A stretch of 64,000 bases of DNA, from NCBI GenBank assembly GCA_048571215.1, contig CP182352.1:768001-832000 (forward strand), read 5' to 3'. Positions 8,944 to 19,006 of this stretch are shown here, one piece after another. The first letter of the stretch is position 1, and every line of letters begins with the position of its first letter. The stretch is from Halarcobacter sp. Its GTDB lineage: Bacteria; Campylobacterota; Campylobacteria; Campylobacterales; Arcobacteraceae. Position numbers and translations under genes: made by a program. The notes beneath the pieces are model-generated. The model made no database searches and was not told the origin of the DNA. It saw only the letters and a list, made by a program, of their open reading frames with translations.

Positions 8944-9513
8944 ATGACAACCTGGGAAGCAATAGCAATGATTTTGGCTATTGCTTATTTGTTATTAGCT
9001 ATTAAGCAAAATCTATGGTGTTGGCTTGCTGCTTTTTTATCTACACTTATTTATACTATTATCTTTTTTGATGTTTCACTACTAATGGATAGTGCTTTAA
9101 ATTTTTATTATCTTATTATGGCAGTATATGGTTGGTATTCTTGGAAATATGGTGGAAAAAATCAGCAAAAAGAGTTAGAAGTTAGCACTTATGGAGTTTT
9201 GAAAAATATAAAGGTGATAATTGTCTTATCAATCATATCTAGTATCTTAGGTTATATAATGGCTAATTATACTAGCGCTGATTTTGCATATATTGATTCT
9301 TTTACAACTGTATTTGCAATATTTGGAACATATATGTTAGCTAAAAAGGTTTTAGAAAATTGGATTTACTGGATTGTTATTGATTTAATATCTATTTATA
9401 TCTATATTCAAAAAGGATTAGATTTAACAGCAATTTTATTTGCAATTTATACTGTATTGGCTTTTGTAGCTTATAAAAACTGGAAAGAAGAATATGCAAA
9501 TTCAAAAGCTTAG
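8944..9513 (+). CDS. pnuC: PnuC-family vitamin transporter
   Basis: Multi-TM; YGWYSW and ENWIYW motifs. Confidence 0.88.
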   Translation: MTTWEAIAMILAIAYLLLAIKQNLWCWLAAFLSTLIYTIIFFDVSLLMDSALNFYYLIMAVYGWYSWKYGGKNQQKELEVSTYGVLKNIKVIIVLSIISSILGYIMANYTSADFAYIDSFTTVFAIFGTYMLAKKVLENWIYWIVIDLISIYIYIQKGLDLTAILFAIYTVLAFVAYKNWKEEYANSKA

Positions 9514-10252
9514 AAGCTTGGATTTTTTTAAAAACAAGAAAATAAAAAGTCTTAAAAAATTGAAAAACCAAGGATATTGCAATATAAACTATAAACTAAA
9601 TACTACAAATAAATCTTATTTAGTGCGTGTCTTTAAAAAGGATACAACAGTAAATATAAGTAGAGAGTTTGAGTATAAAATCCAAAAAAAAGCTTGGAAA
9701 AAATCGATTGCATCCAAACCTTTATATTTGGATAAAGAAAAAACTTTTATGATAACTAGTTTTCTAAAAGGTGTTCATAAATATAAACTAACAAAAAGTG
9801 AACTTAAAAAACTTATTAAAAATATCAAAAAACTTCACAAGATAAAAAGTGAAGTTAAGCCCTATGATATAAAAAAAGATTTCAAAAACTATGCCCTTTG
9901 TCTAAAAGATGAGAGTTCAAAAAAGATTATTAAAGAGTCTTTAAAAGAGTTAAAAAAGATAAAGAGATACAAAAAAACAAAGGTAACTACCCACCATGAT
10001 TTAAATCCTAGAAATATTATTTTTTATAAAAATAGTATAAAATTTATTGACTGGGAATATGTAGGGGTAAATGACTGTTTTTTTGATTTAGCTACAATCT
10101 GTGTTGAGTTTAAACTAAATAAAAAGATGCGAGATTTAGTTTTAAAAAGTTATTTCAATAAGATAAAAAAAGAGTATAAAAACTCTTTAGATAGTTATAT
10201 GAAAATATATGAAAACCTATGCATCCTTTGGTTTAAAACTCTAAAGTTATGA
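9494..10252 (+). CDS. Choline/thiamine kinase-like phosphotransferase
   Basis: HHDLNPRN and FIDWEY motifs; overlaps pnuC. Confidence 0.8.
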   Translation: MQIQKLRSLDFFKNKKIKSLKKLKNQGYCNINYKLNTTNKSYLVRVFKKDTTVNISREFEYKIQKKAWKKSIASKPLYLDKEKTFMITSFLKGVHKYKLTKSELKKLIKNIKKLHKIKSEVKPYDIKKDFKNYALCLKDESSKKIIKESLKELKKIKRYKKTKVTTHHDLNPRNIIFYKNSIKFIDWEYVGVNDCFFDLATICVEFKLNKKMRDLVLKSYFNKIKKEYKNSLDSYMKIYENLCILWFKTLKL

Positions 10253-10365
10253 GTTAAATCGTAGCAAGATTCTAATTCCTAGATAAAATTTATTATTTTG
10301 ATTCTATAAAAGAATAAAAAATGCATCTAATAATTCTAAATATAATTTAAAGCAGAGGGAATTAG

Positions 10366-10968
10366 ATGGTTTTAGATATGAATATAAAACTTGATGGGAT
10401 AGATGAAGATTTTTTAGAGGATTTAGATGAACTTATAGAAGATACTAGAGTTGAGTATTTTATTATAAATCCTAAAACAAAAGAGCAATTAGATAGAACC
10501 TTAGAGATTTGCTCTGAATATGAAAGATTTAGATATACACTTCCAATAGAATTTAAAGAGTTTAAAACAAATAGTTGTGTAGCTTATAGTATATCAAAAC
10601 CAAGCCAAGTAGACTTATTAGAAGATATGCCTTTGGTTATAAGTTCTAAGAGTTTAAGTGATGAGTTTATAGATTTATTAAACGACAAAGAGATAAAAGG
10701 GGTTGTATTAGATGCTAAACAAAGTGATAATAAACTTAAAAACTTTGCCTATGCAGTTTCTCATAACTCTTTTAAACATTGGACAAAAAAAGGGATGACT
10801 GATACAGATTATAATAAACTTGCTCTACAAAGTGATTATCCAAATTTTAGTTATGATGAACTTTTTGATGTTTTGTTAAAAGATATGTCAGATTTGACTT
10901 TTAGAGCAGAGCAATCAATAGCTTCAGGTGGTACAAGAACAGTTCTAAAAACTTTTGGACTTTTATAA
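10366..10968 (+). CDS. Hypothetical protein, possibly degenerate TatD-like
   Basis: Weak N- and C-terminal resemblance to TatD; metal-binding His not evident. Confidence 0.45.
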   Translation: MVLDMNIKLDGIDEDFLEDLDELIEDTRVEYFIINPKTKEQLDRTLEICSEYERFRYTLPIEFKEFKTNSCVAYSISKPSQVDLLEDMPLVISSKSLSDEFIDLLNDKEIKGVVLDAKQSDNKLKNFAYAVSHNSFKHWTKKGMTDTDYNKLALQSDYPNFSYDELFDVLLKDMSDLTFRAEQSIASGGTRTVLKTFGLL

Positions 10969-10988
10969 TTTCCAAAAGTTTTTATCTT

Positions 10989-12374
10989 TTATTTTAAGTT
11001 AGTAAAAATATCATTTATATCTTTTTCAGATAACTTTGATAACAAAGCTTTTTTCCAAATGGGATTTTCTATTTTATTTATAGGAGTAAATTTATAATCC
11101 CCTTTATAAAGGTTTATCTTCGGGCTGTTTGGTTTATAATCAAAGATTATAGGTGGTTTTGTTTTATCGAAATAGTATGCTAAAACTATATTTTCATTTA
11201 TTTTTTTATTTTTTATTTTTAGGGAAGTGTTTTTTTTGATAATTTTAAATTTTGTATTATCAAAACCTAGTTTAGAAAGTATTAGTAGTTTAAGTAAAGC
11301 AAATTCTTCCGTATCTCCAGCTCCTGTACCAATAAATTCTAAAGGAGTAGCCCAATAATTATTTTTATTCCAATGTACCTTATCTTCTAAAAAGTATATT
11401 TTATTTACTAGCAAATTTGTAGCTCGTAATTTATTTGCTGGTTTAGGTAGAGCATTTATTTTATCAAGATATTTGTTTATATAGTTAAATCTAAACAAAG
11501 CTCTATTTCCATATCTTCTAGTATATAAATCCAAGGTTTTTCTAGGAAGTTTTATTGTTGTACCAGTTTTAAGGATATTCTTTTGAATCTTTTTATTATC
11601 TTTTGGTTTTATTCCTTTTGATAATAAATAGTTTCTAATATTTTCTAATTCAGATGAATTTTTCTTAACTATAACTATGGTATTTACACTGTATGTTTTT
11701 ATATCTTTATCTAGAAAAGCATAATCTTTTTTAGAGAGTGTATCTATTTTAATATCAGGATTATCTTTAATTGGAATATTTGATTCAAGAAGTCTAAGGT
11801 TTTTATATTTTGACAAGAGCTTTGATGGTGCTTTTGTTACATAAAATACTGCGTCAATTTTATTCTTAGATAATAAATCTAAACCTTTTTCTATACTTGT
11901 ATTAACAACTTCTCCAAAATTTATTTTATATTGTTCTTCAACAAATGTAGCAGTAACACTACTACCACTTTTTTTACTTCCATAACTTACTTTTTTACCA
12001 TCTAATTGTTTTATTGACTTGATTTTAGAATTTTTATTTACTAATATATGTAGATGTTCAGTATATAAATATCCTACAATATCAACTAAATCGTATTTAT
12101 TTAGATTATCAATTTGATAAATAATATCTAACATTGATAAGGCATCTTCTTGAACTAAGGCTATGTCAGCTTTACCATCTGCAACCAAAAGCATATTTTC
12201 AACGGAACCAGATGTTTTTAAAAGTTTGGCTTTGTTTTTATAAACTTTTGAATTTATCTCTTTGCCTATCTTATAATAGTTACCAGTATCTTCACCAGTT
12301 GCAATAGTTACATCATTTGAGTAAACAATTGAAACAATAAAGATTAGTAGTGTAAGTAAGTGTTTCATTTTCAA
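10989..12374 (-). CDS. TAXI-type solute-binding domain fused to a degenerate BTLCP/LapG-like domain
   Basis: N-term IATG..G.YY, TSGSVEN, LYTEHLHIL; C-term YWATPLEF...GAGDTEEFA. Confidence 0.75.
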   Translation of the reverse strand: MKMKHLLTLLIFIVSIVYSNDVTIATGEDTGNYYKIGKEINSKVYKNKAKLLKTSGSVENMLLVADGKADIALVQEDALSMLDIIYQIDNLNKYDLVDIVGYLYTEHLHILVNKNSKIKSIKQLDGKKVSYGSKKSGSSVTATFVEEQYKINFGEVVNTSIEKGLDLLSKNKIDAVFYVTKAPSKLLSKYKNLRLLESNIPIKDNPDIKIDTLSKKDYAFLDKDIKTYSVNTIVIVKKNSSELENIRNYLLSKGIKPKDNKKIQKNILKTGTTIKLPRKTLDLYTRRYGNRALFRFNYINKYLDKINALPKPANKLRATNLLVNKIYFLEDKVHWNKNNYWATPLEFIGTGAGDTEEFALLKLLILSKLGFDNTKFKIIKKNTSLKIKNKKINENIVLAYYFDKTKPPIIFDYKPNSPKINLYKGDYKFTPINKIENPIWKKALLSKLSEKDINDIFTNLK

Positions 12375-12486
12375 TCCTTTAATTTATAATTATAGTTTAA
12401 TCTATATTAAATAAAAACTTACTTTATTATTTTGTAACATTTATTTTAATATTTTCTAACATTAAAGTTTATTAATAGTAAAATAA

Positions 12487-15400
12487 GTGATGAAAAAAAT
12501 AGTTAGATTTTTATTACTTTTTACCTATTTTAGTAGTTTTTTATGTGCTTCAAGTGTAAATTTTACAGATAAAGAAAAAGAATATATTAAAAACTCTCCA
12601 AAGGTAAAAATAGGTTCAATGGATACTTATATCCCTTTTAGTTTTATTAAAAATGGAAAAAAAGTAGGATTCACCCAAGATTTGATATCTGTTATATCTG
12701 AAAAAAGTGGTTTGAAATTTGAAGTGGTAGACGGAAATTGGACAAAACTTTATAACTTATTTATTGATTCTAAAATAGATGTAATCTCAGAGTTCTCTTA
12801 TAAAAAAAATAGACTTTCCTTTACAAATTATACTGACCCATATTATGAAATACCAATAGGTGTATTTACAAGAAGTGATTTTAAAAGTTATACGGGAATT
12901 GAAAGTTTAAAAAACAAAAAAGTTGGAGTGGTTAAAAACTCATATATAGAAGATATCTTAAAAAAAGAGAATATAAAGGTTGTTGAGTTTAATAGCTCAA
13001 ATGAAAGATTTTATGCCTTAAATGAAAAAAAAGTTGATGTTGTTTTAGCTAATGTGATGACAATTTATAAGCTTGAAAACTTGATGCTTCCAAATATAAA
13101 ACTTGCAGGTAGATTTGTTCATCCAGATGCAAAAAGTGAAGATCTAAGATTTGGTATAAGAAAAGATAAACCAATTTTAGCTTCTATTATAAATAAAACA
13201 TTAAATTCAATACCATTTTCAAAAATCAGTCAAATAAAACAAGATTGGATTTTAAGTTTAAATAATCAAAATATAGAGATTGATTTAAGTAAAAAAGAGA
13301 AAAAGTGGATTAGTGAAAATAAAATAAAAGTTGGAATAGAACAAGCTAAGCCATATATATATTATGACAATAAAAAAGAAAAATATAGTGGTTTATATTT
13401 TGATATTTTACAAAAGGTTTTGGAAAAAACTGGTTTAAAAGTAGAGTATACTCATGCAAAATGGTCTGAACTTCTAAATCAGTTCAAAGAAAAAAAGCTA
13501 GATCTTCTCCCTGCAACTTTTTATTCAAAACAGCGGGAAAAATTTGGACTTTTTAGTGATGAATATTATAAAGTAAGAGAATATATTTATATATCACAAG
13601 ATAATAATGAAATAAATAATTTTAAAGATTTAGAGGGTAAAAAAGTTGCCATAATTAAAGGATATGCAACAATAGACAAAATAAAAAAGAGATTTCCAAA
13701 TATCAATATAATAGAAACTTCAGGTTTAGATGAGTCCACTAGTAAAGTTTTAAATAAAGAGGTTGATGCTTTGATAGATTATCATTTGGTTGTAGATAAT
13801 TATATTAGAGATAATTCAATTGTTGGTTTAAAAGATATTGCACAAAATGATTTAGATGCAGTATCTGTACATTTCCTTTCAAATATAGATAAACCTATAC
13901 TTCAATCAATTTTGCAAAAGGGTTTAAATAGTATATCAAGACAAGAGATGAATGAGGTACTAAAAAAGTGGGTACAAACTCCATATAATAGTGAAGATAA
14001 AAAAGATTTACTTACTGAAAATGAAAAAGAGTTTATTATAAGACATCAAAAAATTAGATTTGGAATCACTTCAGATCGTCCACCTTTTGAGTTTGAACAA
14101 AATGGAAAAGCAGTTGGTATTGCTATTGATTATATTAAAATAAGTGCAAAAAATGTTGGTCTTGATATAGAATTTATTATTAATAAAATGCCTATAAGTA
14201 AAGCTTATGATAGTATTGAAAACAATTTAAATAATTTTGATACTATCCCTTTTAGTGTAAAAAGCAAAAAAAGAATAAGTAGGTTTTCTTATGGTAAATC
14301 TTATCTTTCTTATCCTATGATGATTATAAAACATAAAGATTCTTCATATATTGGTTCTTTGAAAGATTTAGAAAATAAAACTATTGTTTTAGAAGATAAA
14401 TATCTAACAAATAAATGGATAAAAAGAGATTATCCAAATATTAAAATTGTAAATGTAAAAAATACAAAAGAGGCTTTAATTTATTTAAATGAAGGTAAAG
14501 TTGATGCATATGTTGGAAATTTAGCAGTTGCAAATTATATGAGTATTTTTGGTGGTTTAGAAAATATAAAAGTCGCTGCTCCTTCAGGTTATGGAAATAT
14601 TAAATACAATTTTGTTGCACCAAAAGAGTGGCCTGAACTTGCTAGTATTCTTTCAAAAGGATTTGATCAAATCTCCCAATCAGAACATAGTGCAATTCAA
14701 CAAAAATGGTTCTCTTTACAAACTGTTGAAAAGATAGACTATTCACTTATTTGGAAAATTGTATTTATTTCATTGTTTATAATCATATGGATTTTATGGT
14801 GGAATAGAAAAATAACAATAGAAAAAAATAGAACAAAAGATGCCTTAGATCAATTGCAACTAGCAAAATCTAAATTAGAACAAAAAAATATTGAGGTTCA
14901 AGAGTCTAAAGATTTTCTTTCATCTGTTATAGATGAAAGTCCAGACCTTATAGTTTTAAAAAATATAGAAGGGAAGTTTTTATTGGTAAATAAAGCTTTT
15001 GCAAAACTTTTTAATTGTTCAACTTTAGAGATAATAGGAAAATATGATAGTGATTTTGATGATAAAAGAGAGTTAATAGATTTTTTCAATAAAGAGATTA
15101 ATGAAACTTTTGCCAAACAAGAAACAAAAGTTAAAAATGAAGTGTTTAAAGATAATCTTAATGGTGAGCTAAAACATTATATTACTACAAAAAAACCTTT
15201 TATCAGTGAAAATGGTGAAAATTTAATTCTAATTATTGTTCATGATATAACTATTATAAAAAAATTAGAAGATGAGCAATTAAAACAGCAAGAGTTATTG
15301 TTAAATCAGTCAAAAATTGCAGCAATGGGAGAGATGTTAGGCAATATATCCCATCAGTGGAGACAGCCACTATCTGTTATAACAACACAGGTATCATCTA

Positions 15401-16035
15401 TAAATGTTTGGATAGATTTAGGGATGGATGTAAGTTTAGAAAAAATTAAAGAATACAATAAAAATGTAATCAAACAAGCAAACTATTTATCTAAAACAAT
15501 TGATGATTTTAGAAATTTTTTTATATCTGATTCTACAACAAAACAAATATATAATTTGAAAGAAGTATTTATAAAAGTTGAAGATTTGATTAGTATCCCT
15601 TTTGAAAACAATTTTATTGAAACTTTTATAGATGTTGATGATGATATTGAGGTTGAGTTAAATGAAAATATACTTATTCAAGCATTGATTAATATTTACA
15701 ATAATACAAAAGATGCTTTTGTAGAAAAAAATATTGATACTGATGATAGATTCTTTTTTGTAACAATAAAAAAAGAAAATAATGAATCAGTTATCACTTT
15801 TAAAGATAGTGCAGGGGGAATAAAAGAGGATAGTATCGATAAAATTTTTGAACCATATTTTACAACAAAACACCAATCTATTGGAACAGGAATTGGTTTG
15901 TATATGACTAATCAAATTGTTGTAAAACATTTAAAAGGAACTATTGAAGCTATTAATGAAGTATATGAATTCAATAATAAAAGTTACAAAGGAGCAAAAT
16001 TTATAATGAGATTGCCTCTAGCAAATAGTTTTTAA
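12487..16035 (+). CDS. Sensor histidine kinase with three PBP domains and PAS
   Basis: Three repeated PBP domains, TM, PAS, H-box ISHQWRQPL, DSAGG, GTGIGLY. Confidence 0.93.
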   Translation: MMKKIVRFLLLFTYFSSFLCASSVNFTDKEKEYIKNSPKVKIGSMDTYIPFSFIKNGKKVGFTQDLISVISEKSGLKFEVVDGNWTKLYNLFIDSKIDVISEFSYKKNRLSFTNYTDPYYEIPIGVFTRSDFKSYTGIESLKNKKVGVVKNSYIEDILKKENIKVVEFNSSNERFYALNEKKVDVVLANVMTIYKLENLMLPNIKLAGRFVHPDAKSEDLRFGIRKDKPILASIINKTLNSIPFSKISQIKQDWILSLNNQNIEIDLSKKEKKWISENKIKVGIEQAKPYIYYDNKKEKYSGLYFDILQKVLEKTGLKVEYTHAKWSELLNQFKEKKLDLLPATFYSKQREKFGLFSDEYYKVREYIYISQDNNEINNFKDLEGKKVAIIKGYATIDKIKKRFPNINIIETSGLDESTSKVLNKEVDALIDYHLVVDNYIRDNSIVGLKDIAQNDLDAVSVHFLSNIDKPILQSILQKGLNSISRQEMNEVLKKWVQTPYNSEDKKDLLTENEKEFIIRHQKIRFGITSDRPPFEFEQNGKAVGIAIDYIKISAKNVGLDIEFIINKMPISKAYDSIENNLNNFDTIPFSVKSKKRISRFSYGKSYLSYPMMIIKHKDSSYIGSLKDLENKTIVLEDKYLTNKWIKRDYPNIKIVNVKNTKEALIYLNEGKVDAYVGNLAVANYMSIFGGLENIKVAAPSGYGNIKYNFVAPKEWPELASILSKGFDQISQSEHSAIQQKWFSLQTVEKIDYSLIWKIVFISLFIIIWILWWNRKITIEKNRTKDALDQLQLAKSKLEQKNIEVQESKDFLSSVIDESPDLIVLKNIEGKFLLVNKAFAKLFNCSTLEIIGKYDSDFDDKRELIDFFNKEINETFAKQETKVKNEVFKDNLNGELKHYITTKKPFISENGENLILIIVHDITIIKKLEDEQLKQQELLLNQSKIAAMGEMLGNISHQWRQPLSVITTQVSSINVWIDLGMDVSLEKIKEYNKNVIKQANYLSKTIDDFRNFFISDSTTKQIYNLKEVFIKVEDLISIPFENNFIETFIDVDDDIEVELNENILIQALINIYNNTKDAFVEKNIDTDDRFFFVTIKKENNESVITFKDSAGGIKEDSIDKIFEPYFTTKHQSIGTGIGLYMTNQIVVKHLKGTIEAINEVYEFNNKSYKGAKFIMRLPLANSF

Positions 16036-16604
16036 ATTTTTTTCACACAAATAGCTTGCTTTTTCATCTTATATATCTCATAGCTTTCATTGAAAAACTC
16101 ATCATATTCTAGTATTTTAAAACTATTATCAAAAAAGTTTTTAAGTTCATCTTTTTTTAATAAATAATCTGGATTTGATGGTGGTTTTTCATTTTCTTTA
16201 TCTTCCATATATGTTTCTATTAATAAAAGTCCATCTTTTTTTAAAGCCTTTGCTAGATGGGGAATAATTTTTCTATCTAAGTAGTTGGTTTTTACTATCA
16301 AATCATAGTTGTTCTCTTTTGGGATATATCCTTCTAAATCAACTAGCTTTGTGGTGATATTTTTATAGTTTTTTTCATCAAGGGATTTTAAAGCTACTTC
16401 TGAGATATCTAAAGCTTCAACTTCAAAACCATTTTGTGCAAGATATATTGAGTTTCTACCACTTCCACAAGCTATCTCTAAAGCTTTTTTACCTTTACAT
16501 TCTTTAATCATCTCTACAAGTTTTGGGCTTGGGTCTCTTTGTTTTAATAGTTTTGGAATATCTTTATATTTTTTATTCCATTTTATTTTATCTTCAATTG
16601 CCAT
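16032..16604 (-). CDS. Class I SAM methyltransferase, TehB-like
   Basis: ALEIACGSGRNSIYLA motif I. Confidence 0.85.
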   Translation of the reverse strand: MAIEDKIKWNKKYKDIPKLLKQRDPSPKLVEMIKECKGKKALEIACGSGRNSIYLAQNGFEVEALDISEVALKSLDEKNYKNITTKLVDLEGYIPKENNYDLIVKTNYLDRKIIPHLAKALKKDGLLLIETYMEDKENEKPPSNPDYLLKKDELKNFFDNSFKILEYDEFFNESYEIYKMKKQAICVKKI

Positions 16605-16750
16605 TTTTACTCTTTGATTTTTTTAAATTATATTATATGTAAACTCAAATTTTTATGATACAAGAAAAACTGAAATAAAATAATTACTTTTAAATTTTCT
16701 AAACTATTAAGATTTAATGGATTAGAATTAAAATAAAAAGGGGCTATATT

Positions 16751-17083
16751 ATGGAACTTCATGGTATAACATTAGATTTTTCTGATAAGAGAACTTGTGG
16801 ATTGTTGCCTGATTTATGCCTTCAATGGGATGTTAGATATGATGATCTTGAGGATAATGAAGAGCTTTTAGAGTATTGGGAAAAACGTATTGAAAATATA
16901 TTAAAACAAACAAAAAATATTGTTTATGTGAATAACAACAATGGGAGGTCTTTAATCTATTCAGCAGATAATGATGCCATTGATATAATCTCCAAGGAGT
17001 TCAAAGATTTACAACTACAAAAAATAAAATATGAAGAGATTATTTCTTGTGAAACTTGCGTAACACATGATTATTTAGCTTAG
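16751..17083 (+). CDS. Hypothetical protein
   Basis: 110-aa ORF with SD in an intergenic gap. Confidence 0.7.
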   Translation: MELHGITLDFSDKRTCGLLPDLCLQWDVRYDDLEDNEELLEYWEKRIENILKQTKNIVYVNNNNGRSLIYSADNDAIDIISKEFKDLQLQKIKYEEIISCETCVTHDYLA

Positions 17084-17094
17084 AATTTTTTTGA

Positions 17095-18339
17095 TTAGAT
17101 AGAGATAGTTTTATTTCTTCCAGCAGTTTTAGCTTTATATAAAGCTTCATCTGCTACTTTTAACATCTCTTCTAAGCTATTTTTGTACTCAGTTGTTAGA
17201 CCAATTGAGATCGTATAATTAAAGCTTATATTATCAATTTCCATAACTTGTTTTTCTATAGTTGTTCTAAACATCTCTAAAGCTTTTTTTGATACATCTT
17301 TTTTTATATTTGGAATCAATACACAAAATTCTTCCCCTCCAAGTCTAGCAATAAGTGAGTCTTTTGGCATATACTTTTGTAAATTTTTTGATAGTTCTTT
17401 AATAACTAAATCACCTATATCATGTCCATAAGTATCATTTATTTTTTTAAAATAATCTATATCTAATACTGCTGTAGTCAGGATATTTTTATTTTTTTTG
17501 TTTTTCTTATATAAATCAAAGCCTTCATCAAAAAGATATCTTCTATTATATAAACCTGTTAAAAAATCTTTGTTTGCTTTTTCTTTTGCCTCTTCAAAAA
17601 GTTCAATTGTATTTAGGTTTACCATCAACCTAGCTACAATCTCCTCTATAGATGAACTTTTATCTATATAATCATTAGCACCAAATTTTAAAAATTTTGG
17701 AATAGTTTCTTTATCATTTGAAGCAGATAAAGCTATAATAGCAATCTCATCAGATGAATATTTTTTTCTTAATTGGCTTGTTAATTCTAAGCCATTCATT
17801 TTTGGCATATAATAATCTACAAAGATAAGTTTTATTTTTTGGTTGTTTTTAACTATATCTAAAGCATCTTCTGAATTATTTACTACAATTGTATTTAAAT
17901 TATATTTTTTGCAGGTATCTTCAATTTTTAAAGAGTAAGTTTTTGAATCATCTACAATCATTATAGTGTGGTTTTTATTATTTAAAAATCTCTTTGTCAT
18001 GTTTACAGCTTGTTCTATAGCGTAACTTCGGTCTTTTATTATGTAATCAATTACATTTTTATTTTCTAAGATATTGTTATTTATATTTGATTCATCACCT
18101 GATAAAACTATTATGGGAATATTATACTTTGAAACTAAATCTACAATCTCATTACCTTGAGCATCTGGTAGGTTTAAATCTAGTAAAGCTATATCAAATT
18201 TTTTATATTTTAATAGTCTTTCATGACATCTTTGTTTACTCTCTGCTTGAATAACTTCAACATTAAGTTTCTCTTGGATTGAATAAGCAAGTCTGGTGAT
18301 AATTGTTCTACTGTCATCTACTATTAAAACTTTTTTCAT
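17095..18339 (-). CDS. REC-REC-GGDEF response-regulator diguanylate cyclase
   Basis: Two receiver domains; DIDYFK.IND.YGH and RLGGEEF. Confidence 0.93.
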   Translation of the reverse strand: MKKVLIVDDSRTIITRLAYSIQEKLNVEVIQAESKQRCHERLLKYKKFDIALLDLNLPDAQGNEIVDLVSKYNIPIIVLSGDESNINNNILENKNVIDYIIKDRSYAIEQAVNMTKRFLNNKNHTIMIVDDSKTYSLKIEDTCKKYNLNTIVVNNSEDALDIVKNNQKIKLIFVDYYMPKMNGLELTSQLRKKYSSDEIAIIALSASNDKETIPKFLKFGANDYIDKSSSIEEIVARLMVNLNTIELFEEAKEKANKDFLTGLYNRRYLFDEGFDLYKKNKKNKNILTTAVLDIDYFKKINDTYGHDIGDLVIKELSKNLQKYMPKDSLIARLGGEEFCVLIPNIKKDVSKKALEMFRTTIEKQVMEIDNISFNYTISIGLTTEYKNSLEEMLKVADEALYKAKTAGRNKTISI

Positions 18340-18422
18340 CTATAACCTTTTGTGTATATAGTTTTATAAAAAATATAATAATATATTAAAATTATTAAAT
18401 TTTAAATGAATAATAGAAAAGT

Positions 18423-18755
18423 TTATTTATTTTTCTTGTTTTTAGTTTTAGCTATACTGCAACCTGTGGTTATTTCTAAGTTTATTGTTGTTTCATCATT
18501 AGAGATTTCAAAATGTTCATCAGAGAGAATTTTTTTAGTTATATTTTTTTTTATTATGATAAAAAAAGGGCATTTAGCAAATTCTATTAGGCACTTTTTT
18601 TCTATATTTTCATTAGAAACATATAAATCTATAAATCCTTTATTAGTATTTAATAGATATTTGCTACTACTATTTATAAAAGAAGAATCCTTTTTTAAAC
18701 TATAAACTTTTATTTTATACATCTTGCCTCTTTTCAAATTAATAGATTTTAGCAA
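18423..18755 (-). CDS. Hypothetical protein (start probably downstream)
   Basis: Co-oriented with neighbours; no recognisable motif. Confidence 0.45.
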   Translation of the reverse strand: MLKSINLKRGKMYKIKVYSLKKDSSFINSSSKYLLNTNKGFIDLYVSNENIEKKCLIEFAKCPFFIIIKKNITKKILSDEHFEISNDETTINLEITTGCSIAKTKNKKNK

Positions 18756-18794
18756 GTTTATTATTAATAAATTAAATAATTATATATTATTATA

Positions 18795-19004
18795 TTATGT
18801 ATTATTATTTCTAATATTACTAATAGTTTTTCCCCCTATGCCATAGTTATCTGTTGGAACTTCTTCTATTAAAACAACAGTTGAAGATTCACCTCTATTA
18901 AAGATTTTAACAAAACTATTAGTTATCTCTTTTATTAGTTGTTCCTTTTGCTCTTTTGTAGCACCACCATCTTCATGGGTCATTTTTACGTTTATAAAAG
19001 GCAT
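18795..19004 (-). CDS. 4-oxalocrotonate tautomerase family protein
   Basis: Pro2 start MPFINVK, EQKEQL, NYGIGG. Confidence 0.9.
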   Translation of the reverse strand: MPFINVKMTHEDGGATKEQKEQLIKEITNSFVKIFNRGESSTVVLIEEVPTDNYGIGGKTISNIRNNNT

Positions 19005-19006
19005 TT

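Noticed and set aside
10989..11600. BTLCP domain as the missing lasso leader peptidase
   Set aside because: LapG-type rather than B2-type, exported, lacks catalytic Cys/His, and not in the cluster
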